A stretch of 64,000 nucleotides of DNA, from assembly GCF_021869535.1 (NCBI RefSeq), contig NW_026262745.1, forward strand, positions 47,306,001 through 47,370,000, read 5' to 3'. This document shows, piece after piece, positions 47,726 to 60,951 of this stretch. Both the position numbers and the translations under genes were made by a program. Source of the stretch: Mytilus californianus. Its lineage: Eukaryota. Positions within the stretch are counted from its first letter, which is position 1; every line of letters begins with the position of its first letter. The notes under the pieces were generated by a model. That model was not told the origin of the DNA, ran no database searches, and was given only the letters and a program-made list of their open reading frames with translations.

Positions 47726-50700
47726 GGGTTTAACTCCATCATATAGTCATGTGTACCTGTGCCAAGTCAGGAACCTTGTCAGTTGTTGTCTCGTGTCACA
47801 TCAATAAAATTGAGCGGAAGATACCAAAGGAAATATCCAAACTCATGAGTCGAAGAGATACCTATAAAACAATATTGTAACCGGAAAATAAAGGCTAAAG
47901 AACGAACTTCAGTCTGTAAAACACTATTACGCTGAGCAACACGGATTCCATAAATAACCGGGGTGTTCCGGTAGAGTAAACATATCCGTTTCAAATGTAG
48001 CACCTAACTGCTTTTTTTATTTGAGAATTTTGGTGTTGATGACAGATATTTGATAGTCTCTGCTTGTTATCTTTTAAGTTACATCTTTTTCTCGACTAGA
48101 TGCGATTTAGAGCGCAGTATAGAAATATGGTCACCTGGATTTTTCCTGTACGACTGTTAAACCCATACTACATTGTAAATTGAAGCAGGGCATCCGTTTG
48201 GCTGTGTGGAATGTATAAGTACTCAGCAATGTCTACTAGGAAAGATGACTGTAAACCAGATGCCAGGTAACGGGAGCGTGCCATGCACTCTGTACGTTAA
48301 AGAACCCCCTTAACACAACTGTTTGAGGGTTTAGCAAATGGTCTGCTACAAGGCAAATTTGCTATCCCTTCTGACATATCCTCAGTTCTAGCGATAGACT
48401 AAATTTCTCGTCCACATTTTGGTTATCTAACATTCCAGAACCTGATTATTATCTTTTTTTGTAAATTTGGACGAACTTTTTGCTAGTAGACGTTAAGCAA
48501 ACAATAATCAACCATCACCTTTTTTAGTGGTACCAGTTTAACCACAGGGAACATGTAAGCTGAAAGTTCATGAATTAAATAAGTATACGTCCATTGTTCT
48601 TGTCATCCTGTCTTTGGCTGTTTGTGGTGACACAGTTGGGAGATGAAAGGAAATAAAAAGCCAGTATAACAAGCGACATAAAAGCTAATATTTCTATACA
48701 GTATGTCATGCCGACAGACAATTTCTCCAAAACCTTTCAATTATGTTCATGGTCATAGAGAGGCGGAAGATAAGGGATATTGAAACTCATAAGTCGAAAA
48801 CAAACTGACAATGCATTTTAATGCACCTGTCTTAAGCCAGGAACCTGTTGTTCCAGTGGTTATCGTTTGTTGGTGTGGTTCATAAGTGTTTCTCGTTTAT
48901 CGTTTTTATATAGATTAGACCGTTGGTTTTCCTGTTTGAATTGTTTTACACTTAGTCTAGTCTTTTTGGGGCCCTTTATAGCTTGCTGTTCGGTGTGAGC
49001 CAAGGCTCCGTGTTGAAGGCCGTACTTTGACCTATAATTGTTTACTTTTTACAAATTGTGACTTGGATGGAGAGTTATAACATTGGCACTCATACCACAT
49101 CTTCTTATTTATATTGACAATGCCATGGCAAAAAACGAAAAACGATCAAAAGACAAACATCAGTCTATAAAGTACAACATAGAACACCAAAGACTGAGCA
49201 GCATGAACTCCACTGAAACAATGGACGTCGGAAGATTAAGAACAGGATAATCATTTAGAATATTTAATAAATAAGCTAAGTCTTCGACAGTCTGAACGGT
49301 AACAGCTGCAGAATATCAAAGCTATAATTAAATCGAAAATTAATCAATTCTGATACAAATTAATTTTCTTTTCATTCGTTTTCCACAGGATGAGATGACT
49401 ATTATAACAGATTAAGAATTTATATACGAGCCGCAGATGGACATCAGTAAATTCTGATTACATCGTGTTAGATAAGATATTAAAGGGTCTGATTGGGGGT
49501 CCTTCATTTCTTCTTCTTATTTAATTTTTAAGACCATTTTTCTCCATTCTTTATATTTGAGCACTCCATTATTCTCTATTCTCTATTTTTTGCCTACTTT
49601 TCTCTATTCTCCATTTGTTTTGCCATTTATTCTGAACTTTTTGCACATTATTCTCTTTTTTGTAAACCCCATCCATAACCTCATACATGTATAAAGATTG
49701 TAATAAAAAATGTCATTTTTTTTTCGTTTTTTAAATATATAGAAACATTAATTTGAGTTTTGATATTTGGATGTTAGGTAATGTATTAACTGAGTTTTCT
49801 ACAGATATCCTGGTTTTGATTACATATTATGGTGTGAATTAATTAGCATGCATCGAAAGTGTAACAGATCGAATTGTTGTTACAGTTTTGAGTTACTCTT
49901 CGTCATATTTAATGGGCAACCTACATTTGCGCGAATTTGAATTTTGACAAGTAGAACGTATGTGCGAACAACCGCGAATTTACTTGTGTTTTTTAACCTG
50001 AACTTTACGAAAATGTTGTTAAAATTTATCATATTGATAAATACATAATTCGATGGTTTATATAAGCATGTAAAAGTAAAGTCTTGGAAAAAATAATTTT
50101 TTTTTCTAGGATATTTACACGATTGTGCTCATTTTATTTATTTAAAAAAAAAGTCTTAATCTATATTTTGTTTCCAAGAACTCATTATATCAAGGATTGT
50201 ATAGTAACTTTTTTAATCCTTGATAATATTTGTAAAAAAAATATTTTTTAATAGCCACTTTAACTAATCCGCGCAAATGTAATAGTTTATCAACAGGTAA
50301 ATTTCGCGCAAACGTAATGCGCTGTATTTAATATGACAACCATGTTGTTTATTCAGAATACATTTTACGAAGAAAAAACTTAGAAACGGAGTACTTATTC
50401 TTTTAAAAGCGATATAAGCTACGATTTGGACAGTACAAGTAGAACAAATCAAAGTTTTTTTTTTTGTTTTTTTTTTTTTTTCAAACATTTCTATTAGCTT
50501 ATAGTCAGTTTGGTTCGATTTTGAATAAAGACAAATATGATTCGACCTTACTTTGAGTTATATATTGCACATGAGCTCAGCATATTCAGTAATGGAAAAG
50601 AAGATCAGTTAAAAAGTGAAACTATGGAGGATTGCATGAAGACTTCGCTCAATCATACAGGTTAAACATGTTAAACGATGATTCACATTGGCTTTTTTTA

Positions 50701-51186
50701 TCTACGGTATCAAATAAAAAGAACTAGGAGAATCGTTATTATACTATTGCATATATGGTCCATGTCCGTCTTTTAATAGCTTAATACTCTGCAAAAAGAG
50801 AAATCAATATAGTTCCGTAACATTTTTACAATAATGTTGACAATATGTAAATGAATATCAAATACATACATAACAATTGAGTTTTTTTTGGTGTATTTAA
50901 AAATAAATGCAGATAAAATTCTTTTTCACATGAATATTATTGAAACTGTAATAAATATGTCTGCGTTATGCATTTGAGACATTAACGACAAGAAAAACAA
51001 ATGTTTTGATTATTATAAAGGTCACGTTTTATTTTATTGAATGGATGAAACCACAAAATAACTTTAATTCAAATTATATATTACTTGGGTTACAAAAATA
51101 AAAGTTGCATATGATTAAACGAGACAAATATTCAACAACGTTTTAGTTTCGGGGCTAGTATATTAACCCATCATTGTATAATACCC

Positions 51187-52551
51187 TCAAGGAGTCAAAT
51201 CTACGCAAATTCTTATTTTTGTACCATCCAAAGGGTTACGTGCATCAGACAATTCCTGATTGGTGCATTCACGGACACGGATAATCCTGGCAGATGTTGA
51301 TTCTATGCATGTATTACTTAAAGCGTTATTTGTTTCTGATAATTCCGGTGTACTGCATTCATGAACTTTGATTATCCTAGATGATATTGTCTCACCGCCT
51401 TTGTTATCATTCTTGATTGTTTCGATACGCAATGCTCCTCTTCTATTTGTGGAGGACTTTTGTGGAACAGAAAGATATAAGTCTGTCTGAGTATTTGTTG
51501 TTGATTTCCATTTTGATATTCCTGTAACCCTATGGACATTTATCTCATCATTGTCTATATTTGTAATACTGAGTTTATTATTGGGTGCTTCGCCTTCGTG
51601 TATAGTATTGAGCTTGGTCAATCGTTTAGCGTGAGCCATAGAAACAGTCTTAAACATGTTTTCTGTATCGTTCCATTTTGATCTTATCTCCGAACAATTC
51701 AAGTCAGGCTCAGCTCTTATCATTGAACGAAACCATTTTGATAGCAATCGTTTCAATGCAAATCGAAATCTCTTGCTCATAATTGCATACAAAAATGGAT
51801 TAAATGCAGAATGAAAAAATAATAACCAGATGGATAGTCCTAAAAACCATTCAGGTATAGATTTTTTCGGATAACCATATCCTAAGGCACAGTTTATAGC
51901 CAAATATGGTGTCCAGCAACATAAAAAAGAAATAACAAGACCTACTAAACGTACTGCTGCACGAGCCTCTCTTTCAAATCGTGACAAACTTCTCTCGCTC
52001 ACTCTGTGAGATATTTGAAGAAAGCCATTATTCATTGGTCTGACGCTTTTGCCTAATGGAAAACTAATCATCGAAATTTTGTGAACCGATCCTATCATTT
52101 CTGTTCCGAATACTCCCGAGCTGTTTTGGCCTCTATCGCATACATTTTTGTTAATTTGTCTGCTCATGTCGCTAATTTTTCTTGCATGATCTCTTGCAAC
52201 TCCTATGATTTTTATATAACAAAATGCCATAATAAAAATGGGTACTATATACAAACAAAGCACATTAATTAATATTATGTGTCCTTTCCTTTCCCAGTTT
52301 GGTACGCACACATATCGTTCTGAATCATAAGTTATGTGTCCATAATCTTTGTATAATGTCGGAAATGTAACTGATAACGAGGCTGTCCAAACAAAAATGA
52401 GAAGTACCAAAATGTATTTATACTGTGACCAAGACGAATGTTTCAAACAATGAATGATTGTAACGTAACGGTCCACTGATATAACTGTTACTGTATAGAT
52501 TGAAGCAGATTGTAGCAAATGGTTCAAAATCCCAAATCCGTAACAAGCATC
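51187..52551 (-). CDS. Class A (rhodopsin-like) orphan GPCR, coding exon 2 (TM3-TM7 and C-tail)
   Basis: Acceptor TTTTTTTTCATTTTCAG, phase 0; C3.25, DRY, W4.50, ECL2 Cys, CWTP, NPFLY, helix 8 KRFR; open to the stop at 51187. Confidence 0.93.
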   Translation of the reverse strand, partial: DACYGFGILNHLLQSASIYTVTVISVDRYVTIIHCLKHSSWSQYKYILVLLIFVWTASLSVTFPTLYKDYGHITYDSERYVCVPNWERKGHIILINVLCLYIVPIFIMAFCYIKIIGVARDHARKISDMSRQINKNVCDRGQNSSGVFGTEMIGSVHKISMISFPLGKSVRPMNNGFLQISHRVSERSLSRFEREARAAVRLVGLVISFLCCWTPYLAINCALGYGYPKKSIPEWFLGLSIWLLFFHSAFNPFLYAIMSKRFRFALKRLLSKWFRSMIRAEPDLNCSEIRSKWNDTENMFKTVSMAHAKRLTKLNTIHEGEAPNNKLSITNIDNDEINVHRVTGISKWKSTTNTQTDLYLSVPQKSSTNRRGALRIETIKNDNKGGETISSRIIKVHECSTPELSETNNALSNTCIESTSARIIRVRECTNQELSDARNPLDGTKIRICVDLTP

Positions 52552-52629
52552 CTGAAAATGAAAAAAAACGGAAAACATTATTGACATCTAAACTTTTAGA
52601 CTACATTTTGATTCTGTAGGCCATCGTAA

Positions 52630-52937
52630 GGGAGCTACCATTTGATTTTTATGGGGGGGGGGGGATTGAAATTTGAAATAAAAAGGCAGGACAGAAGTTT
52701 GAGTAAAAAAAAGGCAGGATGAGCAACTTGGCAAAAAAAAAAAAAAAAGGCAGGATGACAATTTATGTAAAAAAAAGTCAGGATAAACCAATAAAAAAAA
52801 AAACAGGATCGAATAGAGCGAAAAAAAAGGCAGTCCAGAGATAACAACTAAAAAAAAATGCAGGACAAAATTTTTCATCCTAGCCCCCCTCCCCCCCCCT
52901 CCCCCCTCCCCCCCATAAAAATCAAATGGTAGCTCCC
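52630..52937. mobile_element. PIF/Harbinger (Tourist-like) MITE in the GPCR intron
   Basis: TIRs GGGAGCTACCATTTGATTTTTATGGGGGG / CCCCCCATAAAAATCAAATGGTAGCTCCC; TAA on both sides (52627-52629, 52938-52940). Confidence 0.8.
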
Positions 52938-55900
52938 TAAGTCATTGTCAGTTCTTTGCGTTCATCGAATCTATCGTGGCGCTTGTATTGTCATCTGATA
53001 CATGTACGTACTCATACATACATTCCATTTTACACAGAAACAAAAAATCTAAATGAAGCCACACGCGGGAAGATGATTTTTTTTGGGGGAGCTATGAATT
53101 TTCAATGAATGTTCAGTTTAACAGTAATTTTGAAACAAATTCCGGTACAGTAAATGTAGACCTGTTTATATCATTCGTTTAATTAATGAATAATGAATTA
53201 CCCTTTAGTATATTTTCTTACTTGTACCAAACATCAGGTTGCAACTAATCCTGATGAATTAAACTATCTTATACGAGCATCAATAGGATTTAAATCTTGT
53301 CATGCCAAGCGTTTGATTTCAAATTAGTGACGTATCTGATGACGGATATGTCAGCTGCATGTGTCGTGCGAAATGAAATCGATATGAGACATTTGCATCA
53401 TGTTCTCATGATTAAAGTTTTAAACCGTTACTGATATAAACTTTATTGACGGTAATATGTTAATGCTATTAGCTTAAAATTCACACGAATTACATTGTTG
53501 TTGGATTCTGTAAATAAATTGTGCACGTTTTACTTGCAAGCATGATCTAAGTAACGAGACAGTGACGGAATCAAGGGAGAGGGGCGTAGAGGGCGTATGT
53601 CCCCATTTGGTTGAAAAATATCTCACATTTAAGTATAAAAACGTCTTAAAATTTTTCGTCTCGCTCCGCTATATTTAGTTTTATCGAAATACGCCACTTT
53701 CAAAAGTAATGAATCCCCCTCCCCCATTTAATGTACACTGCACATTTTTAACATGTAAACATTTTTACGTATCTCTATTGCATTTATTGTTTATTTTCTC
53801 AACATAATTATGTACCTTTTATTATTGTATAATGTCTATGTTCATGATGTTCTTCTGTTCACCATTGTATCTACAGCGGTTTATCAGAATAAAGTATATA
53901 TAAAAAAAAACATGTAGACAGAATTACCAGTAAATAAAAAATAAGGAGATGAGGTATGATTGCCAATGAGACAACTATCCACCAAAGTTAAAATAAAGTG
54001 GATGTAAGCAATTATAGGCAACCGTATGGCCTTCAACAATGAGAAAACCCCATACCGTATAATCGGCTAATTTATAACAAAACAATTAACGAAAAAACAA
54101 ATATGACAGACATGAACAAACGACAAGCACTGAACTACAGGCTCCTGACTTGGGACAGGCACATAAAGAATGTGGCGGGGTTAAACAAGTTTGTGAGCGC
54201 TGAACCCTCCCCTAACCTGGGACAGTGGTTAACAGCACAACATAAGAACAAACTATTTAAAGTTGTATTCTTACCGTTTGTAAAACGTGTATAAAGCGTT
54301 AAAAATATATCTATTACAGAATGAAGATATAAGACATGTTAAAATTAAAAGAAATAAATAATAGATAAAAAGGGAAAAATTACAGAAAAGAAAATTGTTC
54401 GTAATCTAACATAAAAAAATTAATCCTGACGCTTAAAAAAACCTTATTATTTTGTATTTAATCCGATTCTTGGTAAACACCTATGTTGTACGTGATACAG
54501 ATGTTAGTGCTCTGACTTGCTATATTCACATTTATACGTATATGTACATGTACATTGTACACATGTGGGCGATCGCAGCCATCCGATTATAATGTGTATA
54601 TTTTCAGTAAAACATAACTTTCTATAAATAGTTAATATGATAAGATAAGATAAGATAAGATAAATTTTAATATGTATAAAATCATCAATTTGACACGGAA
54701 CATTATTGAAATTCCATTTAGTGAATTTTGATAATAATAAGAGAGATTTTTATGGAACATCCCCTCTAAAAATAACCAGCTATCATTAAATTTCAGACAT
54801 TGAACCTAAGAGATTTTACAAACAAATGAAGGATGGTATGAGTTTTGTTTTTAGAAACAATTTATAGTAAAAAATGATCTTTTTACGATGGAATTATATT
54901 TAACAGTAGCTAATTTTACATTTAGTCTCTGATACTAAATATGGACACACACATTTGCAACAGCTGTTTGTTGTCTTTGTGAAAGTTAGTTTATATAAGA
55001 ATCAGATATAGCGGCATCCTTTACAAATGTCCGAAATGTTTATGTTTCTACATTCAGCCTGGTTTATTGGTAAGGGAAATTTTAATTGAATTGAGTTATT
55101 AAGTTATAGTTTTGTTTCTCTTGTAGAGATAAATGTTTCCTACCCCCATCTAATAACGAAAAACCCCTTTCACAGAAACTATAGTAAAACTTATAATTGA
55201 AAAAAAAGATGAATTTTAAAGAAGAGACACCACTTTTGAAAATTTTACTGACTTCAGAATGGCACATAAACAAATGATACAGGCAAGATGGTACAGTAAC
55301 AATAAAACCAGAGAGAGGGCCCACAATCCAATTAGTTTGCTATTACAGAATACACAATTCTGAAAGCAGATGAATGAAATAACTTGTCGCAGTGCTAATA
55401 AAACATGTGCAAAAATGGTCCAGCAAAATGAAAATTATTATTTTGTAGTAAAAATTTTTTTTAAAAAGATTGAAGCTCTAACTACGCATGCTCATGTACT
55501 TTGATAATTTAAGGTTGACGTGATCTAGTTTGTATTGTCCATCATGCTTAAATGGCGTCTTACACTGCTTTCACAAGTTAATGTTTAATTCTATCCGGAG
55601 GAAGCAGCATTATGGTAGTTTTTTGAGAGAAAATAGAAACAATCTGAACAGCGACATACACATTATGCAAAAACATTGAATCGCTTTCATCCAGAAAACC
55701 TTTAATGACTTAATGAATGTGATTTGGTAATTTAAGTACTTCATAATCAATTTATAGAAAACGGAGTAATTACTACATTGTTCGCTTGATCTTGTTTCCG
55801 TATTTCAGGAGTAATAAATCAGTCTATAAATTAGAAATGCTAACATAATTATGGACCAATCACCGTTGTTTGAGATAACAAACGCCGTAGCTTCATCTTC

Positions 55901-57262
55901 CAAACCAGTTAAGCAAAAAGATATATACACAAGTTTAAACAAAACCATACTGCACCTCAACGATGGTCTTGATGGGGTTTACAGAATAGACAATGATAGC
56001 CAAATAGAATAAATAACAATGGAGTGCATACATTTAAAGAATAACTATGTTAAATACTTATTACAGAAATGAAGGATGCACAGAATAAAGAAATAACAGA
56101 AAATTTCAATTGTAGAATCATTTTCTTGAGTATTCCACAGAATAACCGTTATTTATAAAGATAAAGAAAAAAACCCTTAAAATTAAAAAAAATACAGAAA
56201 TTAAGAACCCCCATCGATACCCTCATCAACAGATCACATCAGAGTTTGGGTGAACGGGTATAGTCCTTTATTGTCTGAAAATTTGTCGGAATTTTCTTTT
56301 TTCTTTATAACTAAATCACGTAATTGTCTGCAAAGATTAGTACCACATCACGTTTTGAAGTTTTGATATACTTATAGCCTATGTATGGATGTCGAAGTGA
56401 CAACGACTTCTGTAACGAAATAACAGGAAAATATTGTATCGTGTTTTTTTTTATCCAAAAATCAGATGCACAGCAGAGAAATGACAAAAGTTGCTACCTC
56501 TCAGACAACCCCTGACATTTAAAATGTAGTATCTCACCTTCAAAAGAGCCGTGAAAGTTTAAAAGTATTGGATTGTGAATAAAAAGATACGTGGTGTATA
56601 CAATTATAAGACAGCAACCTAATAACACAACAAAACCAAAGGAAATGATTAAGAGATCTACGTACAGATAAAACAATAGACAGGTGTCTACACATAGAAC
56701 TGTAGCATGATGATGACGATGATACATGATTGTTTAATGTAAACTTGCAAATTAAATGTATATTCAGGACGATCGAGAACATACTAATGTGATATGCATA
56801 GTATAGATTGATACGTCAAGCCTAACGTTTAACGTGCTAGTTCACAAGATGACATAAAATATTATTAATTCGTATATTTTAACTAATTTGATTCGTTCAG
56901 GGATAGTCACATGTTAAACTATATTTTCGAAGGTAGAGAGAAAACGGCGGATAGCAAAAAGCATATTGCACGGCAAAAAGCATATTGCACGGTTATTTTT
57001 AGAATATCTAAAAACCGATATACTTTGTGACGTCATGTTATGAATTTCATGATATTGTTAAAAGTTTTATAAAAAAATATCTATGATCGATTATTTGAAG
57101 AAAAAAAATCTTCAAATACATAACATGTAAAAAAAAAACATCAAAAAAGTAAATGAAATAACAACTAATCTGTTGTTATTGTCTAGAAGACAATATGATA
57201 TCTATAGAATTACAACAAAATCAAATGACGATTTTGATACAAATATGGTCGGAAATTAATAA

Positions 57263-57410
57263 TATAACAATTATAGCCTATTTATGAGGTCAATACAGGA
57301 TATATCGACCCAAAGAAGTATATCGACCTCGGACTTCGTCCTCAGTCAATATACTTCTTTCAGGTCAATATATCCTTGTATCGACCTCCTACAAAGGCTA
57401 TAATTGTATA
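57263..57410. mobile_element. Palindromic MITE
   Basis: ACAATTATAGCC...GAGGTCAATACAGGATATATCGACC and GGTCAATATATCCTTGTATCGACCTC...GGCTATAATTGT form inverted arms. Confidence 0.7.
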
Positions 57411-57688
57411 ATAGCACCTTACTCGGACAAATTATTCCGACTTCGAGCCTGCTAGTTCACAAGATAACATAAAATAGCATCTTACTCGGACAAATTATTC
57501 TGACTCCGAGCCTGCTAGTTCACAAGATAACATAAAATAGCACCTTACTCGTACAAACTATTCCGACTGCGAGCCTGCTAGTTCACAAGATAACATAAAA
57601 TAGCACCTTACTCGGACAAACTATTCCGACTTCGAGCCTGCTAGTTCACAAGATCACATAAAATTGAACCTTACTCTGACAAATTATT
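57411..57688. repeat. 63-bp tandem repeat, ~4.4 copies
   Basis: Unit starts at 57411, 57474, 57537, 57600 and 57663. Confidence 0.9.
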
Positions 57689-59124
57689 TGTCTAGAAGGT
57701 TTGCAATTTGTCCGTTAATTTTCTTTCTTATGATTTGTTTGACTTGAAATATATATAGTATCTATGCCAATATGTACATGTTGTACATTTGTACACATTG
57801 GTAATTACCAGTCCCGCTAACAAGGAACTTGTGTTTCATATACTATAACACGTTCTTAGCAAATTGTAGTAGTATATTGTTATTGATGTTTTGCAATGTT
57901 TTCAATGCCTCTTTACTGTAACAATTTTAAATATAAAAATAAGAAGATGTGGTATGATTGTCAATGAGAAAAACTCTCCACCAGTGACCAATTGACATAA
58001 AAGTTAACAAACAAAGGTCACCGTACTGCCTTCAACAATGAGCTAATGATTTTTTCAGTTTACAGCTAAACTAAGCTAATCTAATTATTTTGTCCCGATT
58101 TATAGACTGAAAACTTTAAAAAGATAAATTTATTTTCTATCTAACCTTACTTAAGTAGCACAACTACTTTGTAATCGATTCATTACTTAAAATATGACAA
58201 ATTGCATAATTCAATATTTGATGTAATTTGAAATGTTGTGAAACAACTGCTTTAACTCTTTTTTCTTGAGAGGGCAGTTTTGAAAGACGAAAGCAATATC
58301 CGACAATTTTTTTTAACTGTCTCACGACAGATATAATCTTGAGCTATAATTGATCATTTTTTATGTAATAAATAACCTTCAACAGTTTCGTTTTACTACC
58401 TCAGTTTTTGCAATAAATGACAAAAACTACTTTTATCGCAATTAATTAATTTTTATCTATTTGCCAGTTAACATTTCCTCGATGTTGTTTTGTTATCCGC
58501 ACCTTTTTTAGTTTTTTAATCTTGTTATTCGTGTATTACCCTTTTCTTTTCGATTACTTAATTACTGCTTTAACATCGTTAACATTTATCCTTATACATC
58601 TTTCAATCTTAGATATAAACTGGCAACACTTTATTCACATTGAAACGAACAACAAAAACAGACAGCACAAGATATGTATAAAATGTGGTATACGCATTAA
58701 AGAGGCAGTAATTCAGGCCAACACAAAGTATGAACGTAGACGAAAAAAGTCCAACTGAATATTACGAACTACATGTAATAAGAAAAAATATATCTTCTTT
58801 GAAGTAGGGATGTAATTTATCGTTTAATATTACGAAACTATTCTGAAAAAATTGTTCATAAAGTATGGTCCTCTGTCATCAGATATATCAGACTATACCA
58901 ATAAGAATAAACAAATAGCGACTCACTTTACAAAAATTATTCGAGAAAAAAATACTCGTGTAAGTCATAAACATTACAGTATAACTTACGATAAATTTTG
59001 AAAGAGTTTTTGTGAAAAAAAGTCCCTGGATTTTACAATACTTACAACTCAATTCAGTTGAAAAAGAACAAACAAACGAATAAAAAACAAAATGTATATT
59101 TGTAAACTATATAAACATATTTAC

Positions 59125-59394
59125 CTCGTTCAGTGTCAAACGATCATGTTGTAGATTGTTCACCATTAACGGCATTATCACGAGGCCAATCGCAAAATCA
59201 CAGAAAGCCAGATTGAGGAGAAAAACAGACGATAAAGTTCGTAGTGATTTGGTTCCTAGAATGGTGGCAATAACCATAATGTTAGTAATACATGTCATCA
59301 CAGACATTAACGCCATAGTCCATATCAGGAACTGTTTAAATGTAATAACATTCTCTGTTGGAACGGTGTCATTGTGTGTGCAGTTCGTTGCCAT
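59125..59394 (-). CDS. Same GPCR, coding exon 1 (N-terminus, TM1-TM2)
   Basis: ATG; NCT and NDT sequons; TM1 with N1.50; TM2 LNLAFCD; donor GAG/GTAAAT after 90 codons, phase 0, which matches exon 2; joined product 544 aa, intron 6573 bp. Confidence 0.9.
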
Positions 59395-60498
59395 TTTCTG
59401 TTGACCAAATGACAGTTTCGTTTTTCTCGTTAAATAACCGAACAGTTGCCAACGCTCTCTTTTTTTTTACGAGTAAAATCCAGTTGGTACTACATTTCTG
59501 TGATGAAGGTTTACTTAACTGTACTCATATCATTTATTGTTCTGTAATCCATATAAGTTATCTTATGTTGACAGTTTTGAGAATATGATCTTCAATACTG
59601 GAAGGATTAGACTTTGTGTCCTTTTATATAGATATAAACTATAGAAAAAATGACACTATTCAACCTATAATGTTTCATTCATCATCAATCCTAAAAACAG
59701 TCATGTCCATACATTTTAACCCTTGATAGGAATTAAAATAGTAGCGAACGTGAAGTTTATTCCACGTGACACTATCAAATATTAAAGATATGATTTGATT
59801 GACAACGTCAGAGTCAAACTGAAAATAAGCTGAACGATGAATATTAATCAATAGTATCAATATTTCTATTATGAATTTAATTAATTAGACTTCAGATTTT
59901 GCGAAGAAGGTGTAGTCTATTATGTATTACATGATCCTCATTTGTCTGGTGAATCAATCGATTTTATTACAGTCCTGTTAGCGGATAAACGATCAGGTGT
60001 CACTTTCATTCTTCTTTATCTAGATTTTCTATTAATTAAGATGACTTAATATCAATTTTCTCGTACTTAAAGAACAAAACGTGAGCAGTAAGACTTTTCA
60101 TTGCTCGAAGAACAAACATTGATGATGTGTTTGACCAGGAAACTGTTTATCGCTAGAAATGTCAACATTATTAAGCGCGAACTTATCTGAAAACCAAGAA
60201 AAAGTAAAGGATTTTAATATGTTCTTTATAAATATTAATGGCATACATTTGTAACATGTCCATCAATATGGACGGTGAAATTATTAACATACATTCGAAT
60301 GTCGCGGAGGATTCGGGCAAGATTTTTTTGTCAGAAGGTGAAGGTGCATGTCAGATACATTGTAGTATATTTTTTAGACAAATTTTGATTGTAGAAAATT
60401 AAAATTGGAGCAACACAAACTTCATCAAAACTGGGATGAACTCAGGTGCTACTGAAGGGTATTAAAGAAGCTCCTGCTCGATTAGTGAAGCTTGAGCT

Positions 60499-60951
60499 TA
60501 TGCTACTGTATAGACGCTTGTTGTTGTATGTATGTGAACCAAACAAGATACTATTTAGGGCCTTGATGTCGTATTTATGTGTACCCAACAAGAAACTGTT
60601 TAGGCTCATGTTGTTGTATGTATGTGTACCCAACACGATATTATTTAGTCGCTTGCTGTCGTACTTATGTGTACCCAACAAGATACTGTTTAGGAGCTTG
60701 CTGTTGTACGTATATGTACCCAACAAAATACTATTTAGGCGCTTGCTGTCGTATGTATATGTACCCAACAAGATACTGTTTAGGCGCTTGCTGTTGTATG
60801 TATGTGTACCCAACAAGGTACTGTTTAGGCGCTTGCTGTCGTATTTATGTGTAACCCACAAGATACTATTTAGGCGCTTGCTGTCGTATTTATGTGTACC
60901 CAACAAGATACCGTTTAGGCGCTTGCTGTCGTATTTATGTGTATCCAACAC
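60499..60951. repeat. 45-bp minisatellite, ~10 copies
   Basis: TGTACCCAACAAGATACT.TTTAGGCGCTTGCTGTCGTAT.TATG units; these produce 15-aa repeats in the ORF track on both strands. Confidence 0.9.

Noticed and set aside
49380-50130. Several plus-strand splice-acceptor-like sites
   Set aside because: There are no matching donors or open frames, and such motifs are expected by chance in T-rich DNA.
51187-52551. Opsin or canonical biogenic amine receptor assignment
   Set aside because: There is no Lys at 7.43 and no Asp at 3.32, so no gene symbol is given.
53336-53385. CTGATGA...GAAA in the GPCR intron as a hammerhead
   Set aside because: No credible stems I, II or III flank the boxes.
57411-57688. 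CRISPR-like array
   Set aside because: Contiguous tandem units with no unique spacers, no cas genes, and a eukaryotic context. The same applies to the 45-bp and 353-nt repeats.
59156-59404. 82-aa plus-strand ORF
   Set aside because: Antisense shadow of GPCR exon 1.
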